From: Polyangia bacterium
GTDB lineage: Bacteria; Myxococcota_A; Polyangia; JAAYKL01
DNA: 20,611 bases
NCBI GenBank assembly: GCA_050287845.1
Contig: JBNKCR010000061.1
Span: 1 to 20,611 of the forward strand
Direction of reading: 5' to 3'
Under the pieces are notes generated by a model, which was given only the letters and a program-made list of their open reading frames with translations, had not been told where the DNA came from and searched no databases. Each line of letters starts with the position of its first letter. The stretch's first letter is position 1. This document shows, piece by piece, positions 1 to 11,600 of this stretch. Both the position numbers and the translations under genes were made by a program.

Positions 1-268
1 CCCTACAGGGACAGGGCGCATCCCGGCATTCATCGGCACCTTGGTGATGGGCGAGGCATGCCTCGCCCCTGCAGGGACAGGGCGCATCCCGGCATTCATC
101 GGCACCTTGGTTGAGGGCGAGGCATGCCTCGCCATACAGGGACAGGGCGCATCCCGGCATTTATCGGCACCATGGTGATGGGCGAGGCGTGCCTCGCCCT
201 ACAGGGACAGGGCGCATCCCGGCATTTATCGGCACCATGGTTGGGGGCGAGGCGTGCCTCGGCCCTAC
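1..268. repeat. Tandem array of four ~65-66 bp units, each with a GTAG-type REP-like palindrome; probably truncated by the left window edge
   Basis: The unit CAGGGACAGGGCGCATCCCGGCATT(C/T)ATCGGCACC(T/A)TGGT...GGGCGAGGC(A/G)TGCCTCG starts at 6, 72, 137 and 202. The core GGGCGAGGCATGCCTCGCCC is a perfect palindrome in unit 1. CTAC (GTAG on the minus strand) occurs at 3-6, 199-202 and 265-268. Confidence 0.9.
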
Positions 269-3126
269 ACTTCCTTGAGGAGTTGTCGGAATTTTTCGAG
301 ATGCTCCACGGTGATCATCAGCAGGTTGTCGGCAGTCTCGCTGAGGAAGTTGGCGGTCTTCGACAGTTCGTTGGTCGATACCCCAATCTGTACAATGCCA
401 ATGGCCGCTTTTTCCGCATGATTCGCCAGCACGTTCATGTTGTCCGAAACAGTCAGCGCGGAAACGATTGGCTTTTCCAGATTCTGCTCCAGGGTTGAGA
501 ACACATCTGTGATGATACTTTGCAGTGTATGCAGAACATTCTCTATCGTGGTGTTGAGTTCATCGTTGCTCTCGGTAATCTGATTCATCTGCTGCTGGAT
601 TTCCTTCAACGAAGATTTGGACCGATTGGACAGACCTCGAATTTCATCCGCAATGACAGCGAATCCCCGCCCCTGGTCTCCGGCGGAGGCCGCTTCAATC
701 GCTGCATTCAATGTCAGGATACCGGTACGATCAACAAATTCTTCAAGAACTTTCACGAATCCCGCAATCTGCCGGGTGGCGTTGTTCTGGTGCCGTATGG
801 ATGCACTCACCTTTCGCGCCTGTTCCCGGATTCGCTGTTTAATTTCCTGGGACTGAAGATTGAAACTGTCCGAAATGAATTTGATATCTTTCATCAGACT
901 GGACAGGAACTCTCTGGTCCGCTGCGCCGATGAGGACACTTCGTGAACCAGGGTCTCCATGGAAACGTTTGTTCTGTGCAACTCCTCCGTGGACACCGCC
1001 AGTTCATCACTGGTCGACGCAATCTGATGCGCCGCTTCATTCATCGCGATGGCCGAAGTCACAAGCGCCGTCACGTCCTTATGATACGTCAGAAACGCAG
1101 ACGGCCGCTTCTCTGAATCCGTCCCCGTGACAATACGACTGCTCAGATAACATCGCCTGTTTCCACCGACAATAAACACTTCAGGGATGTCAATCTGATT
1201 GACGCCGCTCAACAGAAATGCGCGTTCATTTTCGAGAACATGCGCCGGCAAAAGCAAGGATATACTGGTCTTCCCCCCGGGTTTTTCATCGTAGATGTGG
1301 AGTTGCGCTCTGGCGGACCGGTTGGCGGTTTCAATGATGGCCAGCGGTGAATCGCCAATCCGATACTGTACTTTGCTGGTCAGCACGCTGTCGGGCATTC
1401 CCTCGTATGATGCAAGCATTGAATTCTGCAGTTGCATCAATTGGGTGACATCCATATTGATTCCGGTGAGGCCAACAATGATTCCCCTTTCATCCTTTAT
1501 GGGAAGCTTCATGGTCCTCAGATAAATGACGTTGCCCGACATCCGATCAAGCGTTTCCTCCACTTTGATGACAGGTATTCCCTCTTCGAGTACTCGCCGT
1601 TCATCTTTCTCATATTGAGCCACCAGTGCCTGAACCTTGCTCAGATATCGGGGATCCGCCCCCTTCAGTTGAAGGTCTGCGTCGGTTTTTCCCAGAATCT
1701 CGCTTTCGTGCTGTGCCCCGAGCAACGCTACGGTCTGTGGACTCACCGAAGTGAACTCTCCTCTGGTATTCTTTGTATACAGGTACAGCCCTTCCACCAG
1801 CCCATACTGTGCCAGTCTCGCCGCCTGCTCCTGCAGAACTACCTTCTGAGATTCCAGTTCGGCATTAATCGTGGAAAGCGCGGCGTGCTGCGCACCAAGA
1901 TGCGAGGTGGCTTCCAGAAACGCCCCCTGGGTATACTGCAGAAGGGAGAACAGCTGAGTACTGAGTCGATACCCATCCACATGCCTGACCGGCGTATAAA
2001 AGATAGGGACAATATCCTCCCCCGTTTCGCTCTCCAATTCCGCTCGCATGGCAGATAACTGCTTGCCAATCAGCGAATTCTCAAGCTGGGGATGTGCGGC
2101 AAAATGCAACGAAATTACCCTGCTCAATAACTTCCGGCTGTTGTGAACCAGCGAACCGGGATGTCGGTTTTCATGCATCATGGTCAGATGGGCCAGATAT
2201 CCCATGAATCCCGGCGATTGCAACACGGTTCCCCGCACACGACCTTCCTCCATCATATTGGCTGTTTCCAATGTCAGATCTGTACCGTAAATCGCGGTAC
2301 TGCGCTGCATCTGTTTTCCCGGCGAAATCTCCCGTTCGACCAAATCCCGTATCACTGTCTCAATTTCCGCCGTCCCGGGCGCCCTGGGGGTGAACACGCC
2401 ATATACATGCTTCCCCTGGGCGGCCATGGTAACCGCCGTTGCCAAATCTCCATACCTGTCATCCAGCAGTTCCTTCTGAATCCCGCCCTGAATATTCGAG
2501 ATAATGTTCCACCCTTTCGTGGTTTCCACCAGGGTGACCACATCCATCCAGGGCAGCTCCCGACGAATCTCGCGATAAATCGCCTGTGCTCGCTCAACGT
2601 GACTCAGCTTGTTCCCGATAACAATGAGCCCCATCCCGCTCACAACACCCATTTTTCCCAGTATTCTGTAAAACCCGGTATGTTTCCCGGCAGCAGCGCT
2701 TCTTATATCTCGAACGAACTGGGTGGCCAGCAACCGCCCCATTTCACTGTTATTCGATCCGAAACAATACAGGCGTTCAATATTCGGCGCATCGGTATCC
2801 ACTGAAATGACATCCAGCTTGCCACGTCGGATATGACCGTTGATGGTTCTGGCCGTATCGTGGTCCAAATCGGTGGAGAGAAACAGACCGGCTATTCTAT
2901 GCTGAATCAGGTAGCGGATTGCGTCCTCAAACTCTGTGGGCGCGGCCTTCACATGCAGCACATGGTCGGGTGAAATACCGCTGTCCACCAGCGACTGGAT
3001 CATGCCCAGCATCACTTCCCTGAAATACGGTTCAGCGGTCGCTTCACCAAGTGATGTGAGATATATTGTCTTTCCGGCAAGTATTGACGTATTGAAACCA
3101 GTAGATTGTATTTCTGTGATTTTCAT
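265..3126 (-). CDS. Soluble methyl-accepting chemotaxis-like protein: N-terminal LacI/RbsB-type sugar-binding domain, coiled coil, PAS, degenerate second PAS, MCP signalling domain
   Basis: Binding-protein motifs [62 protein letters not shown] motifs [45 protein letters not shown] tip [28 protein letters not shown]. No evident signal peptide or transmembrane helix. Confidence 0.85.
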   Translation of the reverse strand: MKITEIQSTGFNTSILAGKTIYLTSLGEATAEPYFREVMLGMIQSLVDSGISPDHVLHVKAAPTEFEDAIRYLIQHRIAGLFLSTDLDHDTARTINGHIRRGKLDVISVDTDAPNIERLYCFGSNNSEMGRLLATQFVRDIRSAAAGKHTGFYRILGKMGVVSGMGLIVIGNKLSHVERAQAIYREIRRELPWMDVVTLVETTKGWNIISNIQGGIQKELLDDRYGDLATAVTMAAQGKHVYGVFTPRAPGTAEIETVIRDLVEREISPGKQMQRSTAIYGTDLTLETANMMEEGRVRGTVLQSPGFMGYLAHLTMMHENRHPGSLVHNSRKLLSRVISLHFAAHPQLENSLIGKQLSAMRAELESETGEDIVPIFYTPVRHVDGYRLSTQLFSLLQYTQGAFLEATSHLGAQHAALSTINAELESQKVVLQEQAARLAQYGLVEGLYLYTKNTRGEFTSVSPQTVALLGAQHESEILGKTDADLQLKGADPRYLSKVQALVAQYEKDERRVLEEGIPVIKVEETLDRMSGNVIYLRTMKLPIKDERGIIVGLTGINMDVTQLMQLQNSMLASYEGMPDSVLTSKVQYRIGDSPLAIIETANRSARAQLHIYDEKPGGKTSISLLLPAHVLENERAFLLSGVNQIDIPEVFIVGGNRRCYLSSRIVTGTDSEKRPSAFLTYHKDVTALVTSAIAMNEAAHQIASTSDELAVSTEELHRTNVSMETLVHEVSSSAQRTREFLSSLMKDIKFISDSFNLQSQEIKQRIREQARKVSASIRHQNNATRQIAGFVKVLEEFVDRTGILTLNAAIEAASAGDQGRGFAVIADEIRGLSNRSKSSLKEIQQQMNQITESNDELNTTIENVLHTLQSIITDVFSTLEQNLEKPIVSALTVSDNMNVLANHAEKAAIGIVQIGVSTNELSKTANFLSETADNLLMITVEHLEKFRQLLKEV

Positions 3127-3263
3127 AGTGTATTCAAATAAATGTAGTACAAGTATGCCAATTTTTCAAAAAAACGACCGGTGTAAACGCGTTTTGCCAG
3201 ACGACACGGTCGCGAGTCCATATGCATCCAACGCTTTATGTAGTCGGTTGCGCTGTCCCCTTT

Positions 3264-4961
3264 TCAGGCCTCGGTCCAGAGACGGTGCCCCGTGGCAAAA
3301 GTGCGCCGGGTGGGATTCGCGGTGCATTGAGAGATGGTCTCCGGCGTGGTGAAAATGGTCAGTTTTCGTTTCGCCCGGGTGATGGCGGTGTAGAAAAGCT
3401 CCCGGGTGAGAATGGGGGATTCGGTTTCAGGCAACACCAGCACAATGTGGTCAAACTCGCTCCCCTGCGCTTTATGAACCGTGGTGGCATACGCCGGCAG
3501 ATGATACCTCACCACAGACACCGGCAGCTTTCGAACCGCCGTGTCGGGTCCCCCGAAACAGGCCCAGAGGCGATTTCCTTCGCTGCATATCACGCCGGTA
3601 TCTCCGTTGAACAGCGACACACCATAGTCATTTTTCGAAATGAGAATCGGCTTGTGTTCGTACACCTCGCCATTCGGGGTTATCCACCCATTGTCGGCGA
3701 GATGCGATGCCACCATCCGGTTGATGGCATGCACGCCAAAGGGACCATAATTCACCGGGGAAAGAAGTCTGGCCGCATCGAGGTGCGCCAATTTCTCTGC
3801 GGGTTCGGTCGACCGGATGCCATCGAGATACAACGACGCGGCGAGCTCTGCCAGCAGACGGGGGGCATCCGGATTTCGAAGGTTCACAAAAGTCACATCC
3901 GAAAAACCACCCTCCGTGGCAATGGAAACCGATTTCTGTGGGTCGCCGGCATTCACTGCATCGGCCAGTCGGGCAATGCCACTGTCGCGCTGAAATCGAT
4001 GGCTCCCGGTTAGAGACACAATGCAGCGGGCCACGTGGGCATTTTTTCCCGGCGTTTCAAGAGTTGCCCCATGGCAGATGTCCCCCAGTACCCGTCCCGG
4101 CTCGATGGAACTGAGCTGATACTGATCGCCCAGCAATATTATCTTCGCATCCTCCGATGCCGCATCAAACACTGCCGTCATCAACTCCAAATCCACCATC
4201 GACGCCTCGTCCAGCAAAATTACATCCGCCGGAAGCTTCCGCTCGCGGTTGTAGCGAAACCGGCCGGTACTGCCGATGGGCGATAGCAGACGGTGAATGG
4301 TGGTCACTTCTCCGGGCAGCCGATTCAGAATATCACTCGAATAGACGCGGGTCAGTCGTTCTTCCTGTACACACCGCAATATCGATTCTTTGAGGCGCAT
4401 GGCCGCTTTTCCCGTCGGCGCACAGGCACAGATACGAAACGCGGGATTCAAAGACAGCAGGTGGGAAAGAATGGTGGCTGCCAACGTTGTCTTGCCGGCG
4501 CCCGGACCACCGGTAATTGCCATGAATGCAGAAGTCTCGGCCAGGTCACACGCATACGCCACCGGATCTGTCCGGGGCTGTGAAGGGGGAACGCTCCTGC
4601 GGACAATCCCGCTCACCAGCCGTTCCTGTGTCTGCCAGAATCGCTGCAGATACAGCCTTCCCGAGTCGTCCAGCACCAGCGGCGCGTCGTCGTCGCCATT
4701 TCCAATCAGTCGACTCTGAGACAGAACTGAAATCATCTCCTGCGCCGATAACGGTGCCGCGTTCCCGGTCAGGATGCGCTGCCGGGTTTGCGGATGGCCA
4801 AGATTCACACACACATCCCCGTGTCGCGCCCGATAAAACAGGTGTTTCAACGTCTGGGCCACCACCGCATCGGTCTCCTTCACCATTGCCAGCATCATGC
4901 GCGCAAAATGAATGTCAACCGGCGCATAAATATCTTCGGCAACTGTCTGGATCATCTTCAT
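3264..4961 (-). CDS. recD: Exodeoxyribonuclease V alpha subunit (RecD, SF1B 5'-3' helicase)
   Basis: Motifs RLYLQRFW, Walker A ITGGPGAGKTT, APTGKAAMRL, TIHRLL, DEASMVD, LLGDQYQLSSIEPG, LFNGDTG, YATTVHKAQGSEF, ELFYTAITRAK. 4-bp overlap with recB (4958-4961). Confidence 0.97.
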   Translation of the reverse strand: MKMIQTVAEDIYAPVDIHFARMMLAMVKETDAVVAQTLKHLFYRARHGDVCVNLGHPQTRQRILTGNAAPLSAQEMISVLSQSRLIGNGDDDAPLVLDDSGRLYLQRFWQTQERLVSGIVRRSVPPSQPRTDPVAYACDLAETSAFMAITGGPGAGKTTLAATILSHLLSLNPAFRICACAPTGKAAMRLKESILRCVQEERLTRVYSSDILNRLPGEVTTIHRLLSPIGSTGRFRYNRERKLPADVILLDEASMVDLELMTAVFDAASEDAKIILLGDQYQLSSIEPGRVLGDICHGATLETPGKNAHVARCIVSLTGSHRFQRDSGIARLADAVNAGDPQKSVSIATEGGFSDVTFVNLRNPDAPRLLAELAASLYLDGIRSTEPAEKLAHLDAARLLSPVNYGPFGVHAINRMVASHLADNGWITPNGEVYEHKPILISKNDYGVSLFNGDTGVICSEGNRLWACFGGPDTAVRKLPVSVVRYHLPAYATTVHKAQGSEFDHIVLVLPETESPILTRELFYTAITRAKRKLTIFTTPETISQCTANPTRRTFATGHRLWTEA

Positions 4962-7900
4962 GGGGACGCCCCTTCCATCCGGCGAATCATCCGGTCCAGC
5001 GCATCAATGCGTGACGCCGGCGGACAGTCATAAAATACACCATAGCGATTTTTTTTGCCGGACGACATGCCCCGCACATACAGATAATACACGCCGCCAA
5101 AATCCCGTTCATACTGATAGTCGGGTTTGTGGCGCCCCAGATACCGATGCAGCGCAAGGGTATACAGATGATACTGAAGGTAATAGTGATGCCGCGCCAT
5201 ATCCAGATTCAACGCATCCGGCACGTACCCGGCCGCATCCTCCCCGAGGTCATTGGTCTTATAGTCCGCAATGAAATACTTTCCGTTAAATTCAAACACC
5301 AAATCAATGAATCCTTTGAGAAACCCATGAAACGCCGGGAACTGCAACTCCTGCAAATGGGCCTCATAGTTCCGTATCCGCGGGTCCGCATCGGTCATCA
5401 TTGCCGCCGCCAATGCGGTGGGATTCAGGGAAGCCCCCGGTTCCACCGACATCACAAACTCCAGCTCCGCAATGCGCACCCCATCGAGTCGGCCAAGACA
5501 CAGCTGACCGTCATCCGTCAATGGTGTCCGCAGCAAATCCGTCACCCATTCCCCGAGCCGGGTTGCATCCATCCCCCCGCCAAATCCATACCCCGCCAGC
5601 AACGTGTTGATTTTCCGGGAGAGGGCCGATGGCCCCGGGTCCTTCCCGATGCATTCTTCCAGCAAATCGTGAATCATGCTTCCAAACCGCGGTCCTTTTT
5701 CGAATGCGGCATTCAGCCCGATAAACCCGTTGTTCAATTCATTGCGACCATCGTCGGAAGCCGCATCTGCTGCCATGTCCGCACCAGGCTGCTTCCGGTG
5801 CGGCCAATCCTCCCCCAAACTCCCCCCGTCGTCCGTGGTGGCAGGCATTGACGCACCCGCGGTCAGACTCGAAAAACTTTCTCCTCTGGCTCCCGGGTCG
5901 GCGGTCCAGGTAAAATGATGAAATCGCAGCGGTTCAAACGACGCATCAACGGTCAGCAACCCATGCTGCGCACTGTTGTCAGAATCGTCACTGTCGGCCG
6001 AACCGCCGGTCTCCTGCCCCCCCGCCTCTGTCGCCCACTGCGGAATATTTTCATCTGTCACCACTGCCGCACCGGTGCTCCCACAGAAGTCGGCCAGCTT
6101 CTGCAACAGGGCCGCATCCGCCATCTCCCCCTCTTCCATTCCATCCATCCCCGGAAGAAGAGACGCAAGGGGGGAGGATGCCAACCCGTTAAAGGCGCCA
6201 AACACGATTCTGCACACATGCTGTGCCCGGGTGAGTGCCACGTATAAAAGGCGAATACTTTCTGCCCGATCTTCCCGTTCCCTTTGCGAAGTGGCTTCCT
6301 CATCCCGATTCACTTTGAGATCGCACACTTCCACATTGTCCGCCCGGGCATCGTGATACACCAGTACATCCGGCTCGCTGCCGGCGCCATCCATCAGCAG
6401 AAATGGCAGATACACCACCGGATACTGCAACCCCTTGCTCTTGTGAATGGTAACAATCTGCACCGCGTTTTCCGCGTTCTCCTGCCGCCTTTCAAACTCG
6501 TCGTCGCCGGGCAACTGCTGCAACCACGTTTCCAGTTGCGCCATCACCTGTTCAAACGGCACCCGTCGCGCAAAAAAATGCTGGCGAAAAATATCCAGAA
6601 GTTGCATCACATCGCTCAGGTACCGACGGTTTCCGGTTTTCAGGATGCGGGCCTTCATCCCGCCGTCGCCGGAAATGGATTCAACGGTTTCCAACGCGCC
6701 GGTCAACGCCACGATTCCCCGGGTTTCGTAGAGTGTTCTGAAATCGGCAAACACGCCCTGCCACCGATCGAGCCGTGCCGTATCGGTGATCAGTTGAAAC
6801 ATCTGCTGTCCCCGAAACCCAAAGGCAATGGTGGAAAGCGCCGTCCGGATTCGCGACGGTTGCGCATCGGCAATGGCGCTGAATATTTCAAACATCTCCC
6901 GCGCTGCCACCGTTTCAAAAACGGACTCCCGCCGACTGACCACCGCCAGAATGCCATGCTGCAGCAACGCATCCCGCATCAGAACGGATTGGTCATTCCT
7001 GCGGGTCAGCACCGCAATGTCTTTGGGCAGAATCGCCTTTTTGCCAATAGTGTACGTCCCATCCAGAAGGGCTCCAATATCCTCGCAGGTGCGGTGCACA
7101 TGAACATGGTGACTGGCCGGAATAAGTTTCCATTTTCCATCTCTGGACTGCTTGCAGTTATCCGGGGTACGACGGCAGAACAGAAACTGAAATCCCGGTA
7201 TTTCTGTTCCACGGTGTTGAAAAACACTCTCGCTTCCCGGGTGCGGCTTCACCGGATGGAAGGCAATTTCGTTAAAGAGAAACGGATTTTCCACAGCAGA
7301 AAAAAGGTGGTTCACCGCCTGCACCAAATCGGCCGAAGAGCGCCAGTTGGTTTCCAGATTCCAGGTGTTTTCCCGGGCGGCCCCGGCGGCGCTCATGTAG
7401 GCAAAAATATCGCCGCCCCGGAATGCATAAATGGCCTGCTTGGGGTCGCCAATCATGAAGAAGGGAATTTTCGAGGCAACAAAGAGTTCCCTGAAAATGT
7501 GATACTGGATGGCATCGGTATCCTGAAACTCATCAATCAATGCTGCCTGATATCGCTTTGCAATCGCTCCCTGCAACCGTTGCCGGCTCTCGCCATCCAG
7601 GGCCGCTTTCAGGCGCAACAGCAAATCGTCATAGAACAGCGCTCCTCCGGCGGCTTTGCGCTCCGGAAGAATCCGAACCACGTACGACACAAAGATGCGA
7701 TACAGGGTTTCGATTTCTCCCATCAAATCATCTCTGGCTTCCAACAGGCCGTCCACCGCCCTGAAAAACGCCACCTCATCTATCTCCACCTCGTCGCCCG
7801 TGGCGGACTCAATAATCCGGCAATACGAAAACTTCTCCAGCGGATGTTCCTTTTCAGGAAGGATTAACGGTTCCGATTCTGAAAACAGCGTGCGAACCGC

Positions 7901-8668
7901 ATCCAGCCATTTGGGCACCAGATCTTTTCGATAGCTTCGCCGATTGATGCCCTTTGCCAGCAGAAATGCCCCCTCCAAACGACGTTCGCACTCCAGGAAC
8001 CGTTGCCGTGCACGGCGATACGCCGCCCCATATCGCTGCTCCGCGTTCCGGCTGCTCCGTTGGGTTCGCACCACCAGATCCGGTTTGCTGTGAACCGTTC
8101 GGGCCAGTGATTTCAGACGGTCCACCCCCACCTGATTCCGATAAAACAAATCAATCAGCAACGGGGATTTATCCGCACAGTACGCCAACCAGAAGTCCCG
8201 CACCAATGTATCGAAAAATTCCTCATCGCTGGTATTCAACTCAATACCGAATTCCATACCGGTTTCCAGGGCGTGTTCGGTCAACATTCTCTGGCAGAAA
8301 CCATGGATGGTGAAAATCTGTGCCCGATCATAGGCGTGCAATGCGGCGGCCAGTCTTCGTCGTGCCACATTCCCGTCCACTCGCGCCATCATTTTTTCAT
8401 AGAGAGCAGCGTCGTCCGGTGCGGTATGCGCGCCCCGATTCTCCAGAAATTCAAATGCATCCTGAATGCGCTGATACACCTTTTCTCTCAGCTCCAATGT
8501 GGCCGCTTCGGTGAAAGTGACCAGAAGCACACTGTCAATGGGCATACCCCGTTCCACTATCAGGCGCAGAAGCAGCAGGGTGATACTGTAGGTTTTACCG
8601 GTGCCCGCGCTGGCTTCAATCAGATGAACCCCCAGAAGGGGCTGTTGTGTGGCATCGAAAAGCTTCAT
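4958..8668 (-). CDS. recB: Exodeoxyribonuclease V beta subunit (RecB helicase-nuclease)
   Basis: Motifs LIEASAGTGKT, VTFTEAATLEL, IFTIHGFCQR, LIDEFQDTD, IGDPKQAIYAFRG, TNWRS, VTIHKSKGLQY, RLLYVALTRA. C-terminal nuclease motif KGFIDLVF..ADYKTN..Y.LQY..Y (~5252-5317) is intact. 4-bp overlap with recC. Confidence 0.97.
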   Translation of the reverse strand: MKLFDATQQPLLGVHLIEASAGTGKTYSITLLLLRLIVERGMPIDSVLLVTFTEAATLELREKVYQRIQDAFEFLENRGAHTAPDDAALYEKMMARVDGNVARRRLAAALHAYDRAQIFTIHGFCQRMLTEHALETGMEFGIELNTSDEEFFDTLVRDFWLAYCADKSPLLIDLFYRNQVGVDRLKSLARTVHSKPDLVVRTQRSSRNAEQRYGAAYRRARQRFLECERRLEGAFLLAKGINRRSYRKDLVPKWLDAVRTLFSESEPLILPEKEHPLEKFSYCRIIESATGDEVEIDEVAFFRAVDGLLEARDDLMGEIETLYRIFVSYVVRILPERKAAGGALFYDDLLLRLKAALDGESRQRLQGAIAKRYQAALIDEFQDTDAIQYHIFRELFVASKIPFFMIGDPKQAIYAFRGGDIFAYMSAAGAARENTWNLETNWRSSADLVQAVNHLFSAVENPFLFNEIAFHPVKPHPGSESVFQHRGTEIPGFQFLFCRRTPDNCKQSRDGKWKLIPASHHVHVHRTCEDIGALLDGTYTIGKKAILPKDIAVLTRRNDQSVLMRDALLQHGILAVVSRRESVFETVAAREMFEIFSAIADAQPSRIRTALSTIAFGFRGQQMFQLITDTARLDRWQGVFADFRTLYETRGIVALTGALETVESISGDGGMKARILKTGNRRYLSDVMQLLDIFRQHFFARRVPFEQVMAQLETWLQQLPGDDEFERRQENAENAVQIVTIHKSKGLQYPVVYLPFLLMDGAGSEPDVLVYHDARADNVEVCDLKVNRDEEATSQREREDRAESIRLLYVALTRAQHVCRIVFGAFNGLASSPLASLLPGMDGMEEGEMADAALLQKLADFCGSTGAAVVTDENIPQWATEAGGQETGGSADSDDSDNSAQHGLLTVDASFEPLRFHHFTWTADPGARGESFSSLTAGASMPATTDDGGSLGEDWPHRKQPGADMAADAASDDGRNELNNGFIGLNAAFEKGPRFGSMIHDLLEECIGKDPGPSALSRKINTLLAGYGFGGGMDATRLGEWVTDLLRTPLTDDGQLCLGRLDGVRIAELEFVMSVEPGASLNPTALAAAMMTDADPRIRNYEAHLQELQFPAFHGFLKGFIDLVFEFNGKYFIADYKTNDLGEDAAGYVPDALNLDMARHHYYLQYHLYTLALHRYLGRHKPDYQYERDFGGVYYLYVRGMSSGKKNRYGVFYDCPPASRIDALDRMIRRMEGASP

Positions 8669-11600
8669 CCGGCTTCTCCTTTTTTCACAGACAGCGATAC
8701 GGGTCCCACCACATCCTGCGTCACCTGATGAAACTCCCTCTGTTGATCTTCACGCGCCGCAGTGTGTACCAGAACCCTGGACTCGGCGGGCGCCTGCAAC
8801 TGCAGCTGCTGAATCATGGAAGCCACGGTCCCTTCAAGCAGTGCCTCTTTTTTATCCGGTGCGGTTTTCTGATATTTCTTCCAATAGGCAAACCCCTCCT
8901 GCGGAATGAAAAACAAAGGACGTTGCAGCCCGCAGATGGTGTGTTGCGCCACCTTGTGCAACAGCGCATCGGCCTCGTCTTTTTCAAGGTGAATGCCGTA
9001 CTGCACTGCATTTTCCCGATTTCTGCCCACCCACTTTGCCCCCAACGGCATGTCTGAATCGCTCAGGTGCCGCACACAGAGATACTTTAAAAGAAAGCGA
9101 AGCATAAAGCTGTCATTGACTGCGCTGTAGCTGTATTCCAGCAGTTCGTCGTTATATATCGGCAGGCCTCCTCTGAGCCGCAATCCACCCGCCGGCGTCG
9201 CAATCCGCACATCCACGTCGAGTTCGCTGCTGCCGGCAACGGAGCGCAGTTTCAACACTTCATCGGCGATTCGCTCGGCCCGGTTGAAAACCCGTCGTGC
9301 ATGAAACACTCCCAGATTGCCGGAAGGCGCCACGCCCAGGGCGCGAACCCGTTGAAAGACCGCATCCCACCCGGTGGCGCCATCGATGAGCGCATCCATG
9401 CACAGTTGCCCCACCGTCCATTCATCCAAGCCGTTGAGCTGTAGCGGCTCGCAATCTGAAATCAGTTCTCCCGGAGTCACATCGGCCATTCCGAGGCACT
9501 GGGTTAAAAAATATCCGGGGGGATTTTTCCAGAAGCTGAAAAAGTCAAACAGCGTCATCGTGAAATCCGGCCTGTCAGCGGATGCATTGATGTGGGCTGG
9601 GGCAAAAGGCGCAATCTCCCTTGCCCTCTCACCTTCCGCAGCAATGGAACGCACTTCGAGAGCCGCCATGAAATCTGTTCGCCGATAATTCACAAAGGGC
9701 GCCGCACTGTCCAGGAAGTACACCGGATCGTGTGAATACGGTGGATGTTCCACCACAAGGGGATAACTGTCGGGTTCACGGGAATGGTCGCCGCGCATCT
9801 CCAGAATGGCGTTTTTGAGGGTTTGCGCCGGCATGCACACCTTGGGCGCCCCACCCCCTGTCGGCGCAGTCCCGCCATAAAACACCCGCAGCTGTCGGGC
9901 GGCCGCCATGACCGCCTCCAGAAACATGTGATAGCCATCGTTGCGTGGATCCCTGTCCCCCGGCATGGGATTTTCCGCCATCACATCGAAGGATGCGGTT
10001 CGACTTTCGGTGGGAAATTTTTTTTCATCCATCCCCAGTAGCGCCACCACCTTGAAAGACTCCCCCCGCAGATTGCGAAATGAGGCAAACCGCACCCCGC
10101 CACTACCCGAAGAAAACGATGGTCGGGTCACCCGATTTTTCAACAGGGTCCGCACTGCGGCAAAGTCCATCCCAATGCCGAACCCCGCCACTTCCGTCTG
10201 CCCGGACAATTGCTGCAGGGTGGCTCTCACCGCCGGCAACGAATCATCGGCATCGGAAACCAGCATCACCAGATACCTGTCGAGCAGCGCGCACCACTCC
10301 CCTATCGTCATCTGTCCTTCACACCGTAGGGCGAGCTCAAACAGAATATCCAGAAACGCCATGAGTTGACCCGCGGGCAGGGTTTCAGACACGGCATATG
10401 CAGACACCGGCGATACCCCCTCAAAAGGCAGGTCACTGTCCATGGCCATCCCCAGTACCAGACGCTGCAGTCCAAACTGCCATGTGTTGTCAAAAAAAGG
10501 TTCCAGCCCCAGGCGGCGCCGATGGTCGTCATCAATACACGCGCAGATTCGCGCCTTCCGGCAGGCTTCAAACAACCGCACCACGTCATCTCCATCCAGC
10601 GAAAACTGTTTGCGCACCGGTTCCATCTGCAGCAGCGAAAATACGTCCTGTAACCCGAGCCTCGAATCCAGCAATACAAGCAGTGATGCCAGCACCTCCG
10701 GCGCTCCGGGAACGGCGGGCATCGTCCTGTCCGAAATGGTGCACGGCACGCCGCTGCCGGCCATGGCCGCTTCCACATAAGGCGCATAGTCATTCATATC
10801 CGGCGCCATCACCACCATCTCCTCCGGTTTCACCCCGTCTTCCATGATACACCGAAGCAAACTGCTCACCACCGCATCCACTTCTCTGGCCACACTGGTG
10901 CATTGATGAAAGACGACCGAGGGCATCCCACCCGTTTCAGCACACCGCGCGGGTGGCTGGTTTTGAATGACGCTCTGTTGCAGCGCACTCAGCATTGAAC
11001 CGGTAGTCGTCGACTCAAAGAGGTCCCGCTCCATGGTCGGCACCTGATTCACAATCCCCAACAGCGCATCCCGGAAGGCCGCAGGTTGTCTGCCCAGCAG
11101 GGTCAACAATTCATTCTGGGGAGTCTCATCCCCGGAACGCCGACCTGCCTCGAAATAGTCCATACTCGGTGTGACCACAAACAGGTACACTTCTGAATGC
11201 ACCGACGCGGCGCCCAGCAATTGAAGAAAAACCGGCGGCAATGTCGACACGCCAAAAAACAGAGTTCGCGATGGCAGGCGCTTCGCTGCAGCGGTATCGC
11301 TCCCCAGGGTATTGATGGTGGCGAGGATGCCTTCGCCGATATGTGCTTCAAATGCCTTTGACGCCTCAGAATACAGCGTACTCTGCCAGTCCCCGGGAAA
11401 CTGTTTCCATTCATTCATCAGCGCGGGCCGATAAATGCCATACTCCCCGAACAACCCGGTCAGAACGCCGGAAAGGGAGAGCAGCTTCTTTACAGATACG
11501 GTTGCCCCCAGATAGCTGGATATCGATTCGAATTGCGGCGTGTGCAGTTGGGACAGAATGGTTCGGGCCACAAACAGCTGCAACGCATCCGGATGCAGTG

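Noticed and set aside
1..268. CRISPR array
   Set aside because: The sequences between palindromes are near-identical rather than unique spacers, and no cas genes are present.
124..498. 124-aa plus-strand ORF
   Set aside because: It is a translation of the repeat array plus the antisense of the chemoreceptor 3' end.
6284..7867. 527-aa plus-strand ORF (and other long antisense ORFs such as 3222-4013, 5129-5851, 19664-20332)
   Set aside because: These lie antisense to well-supported genes and have no recognisable motifs. Long shadow ORFs are expected from codon bias.
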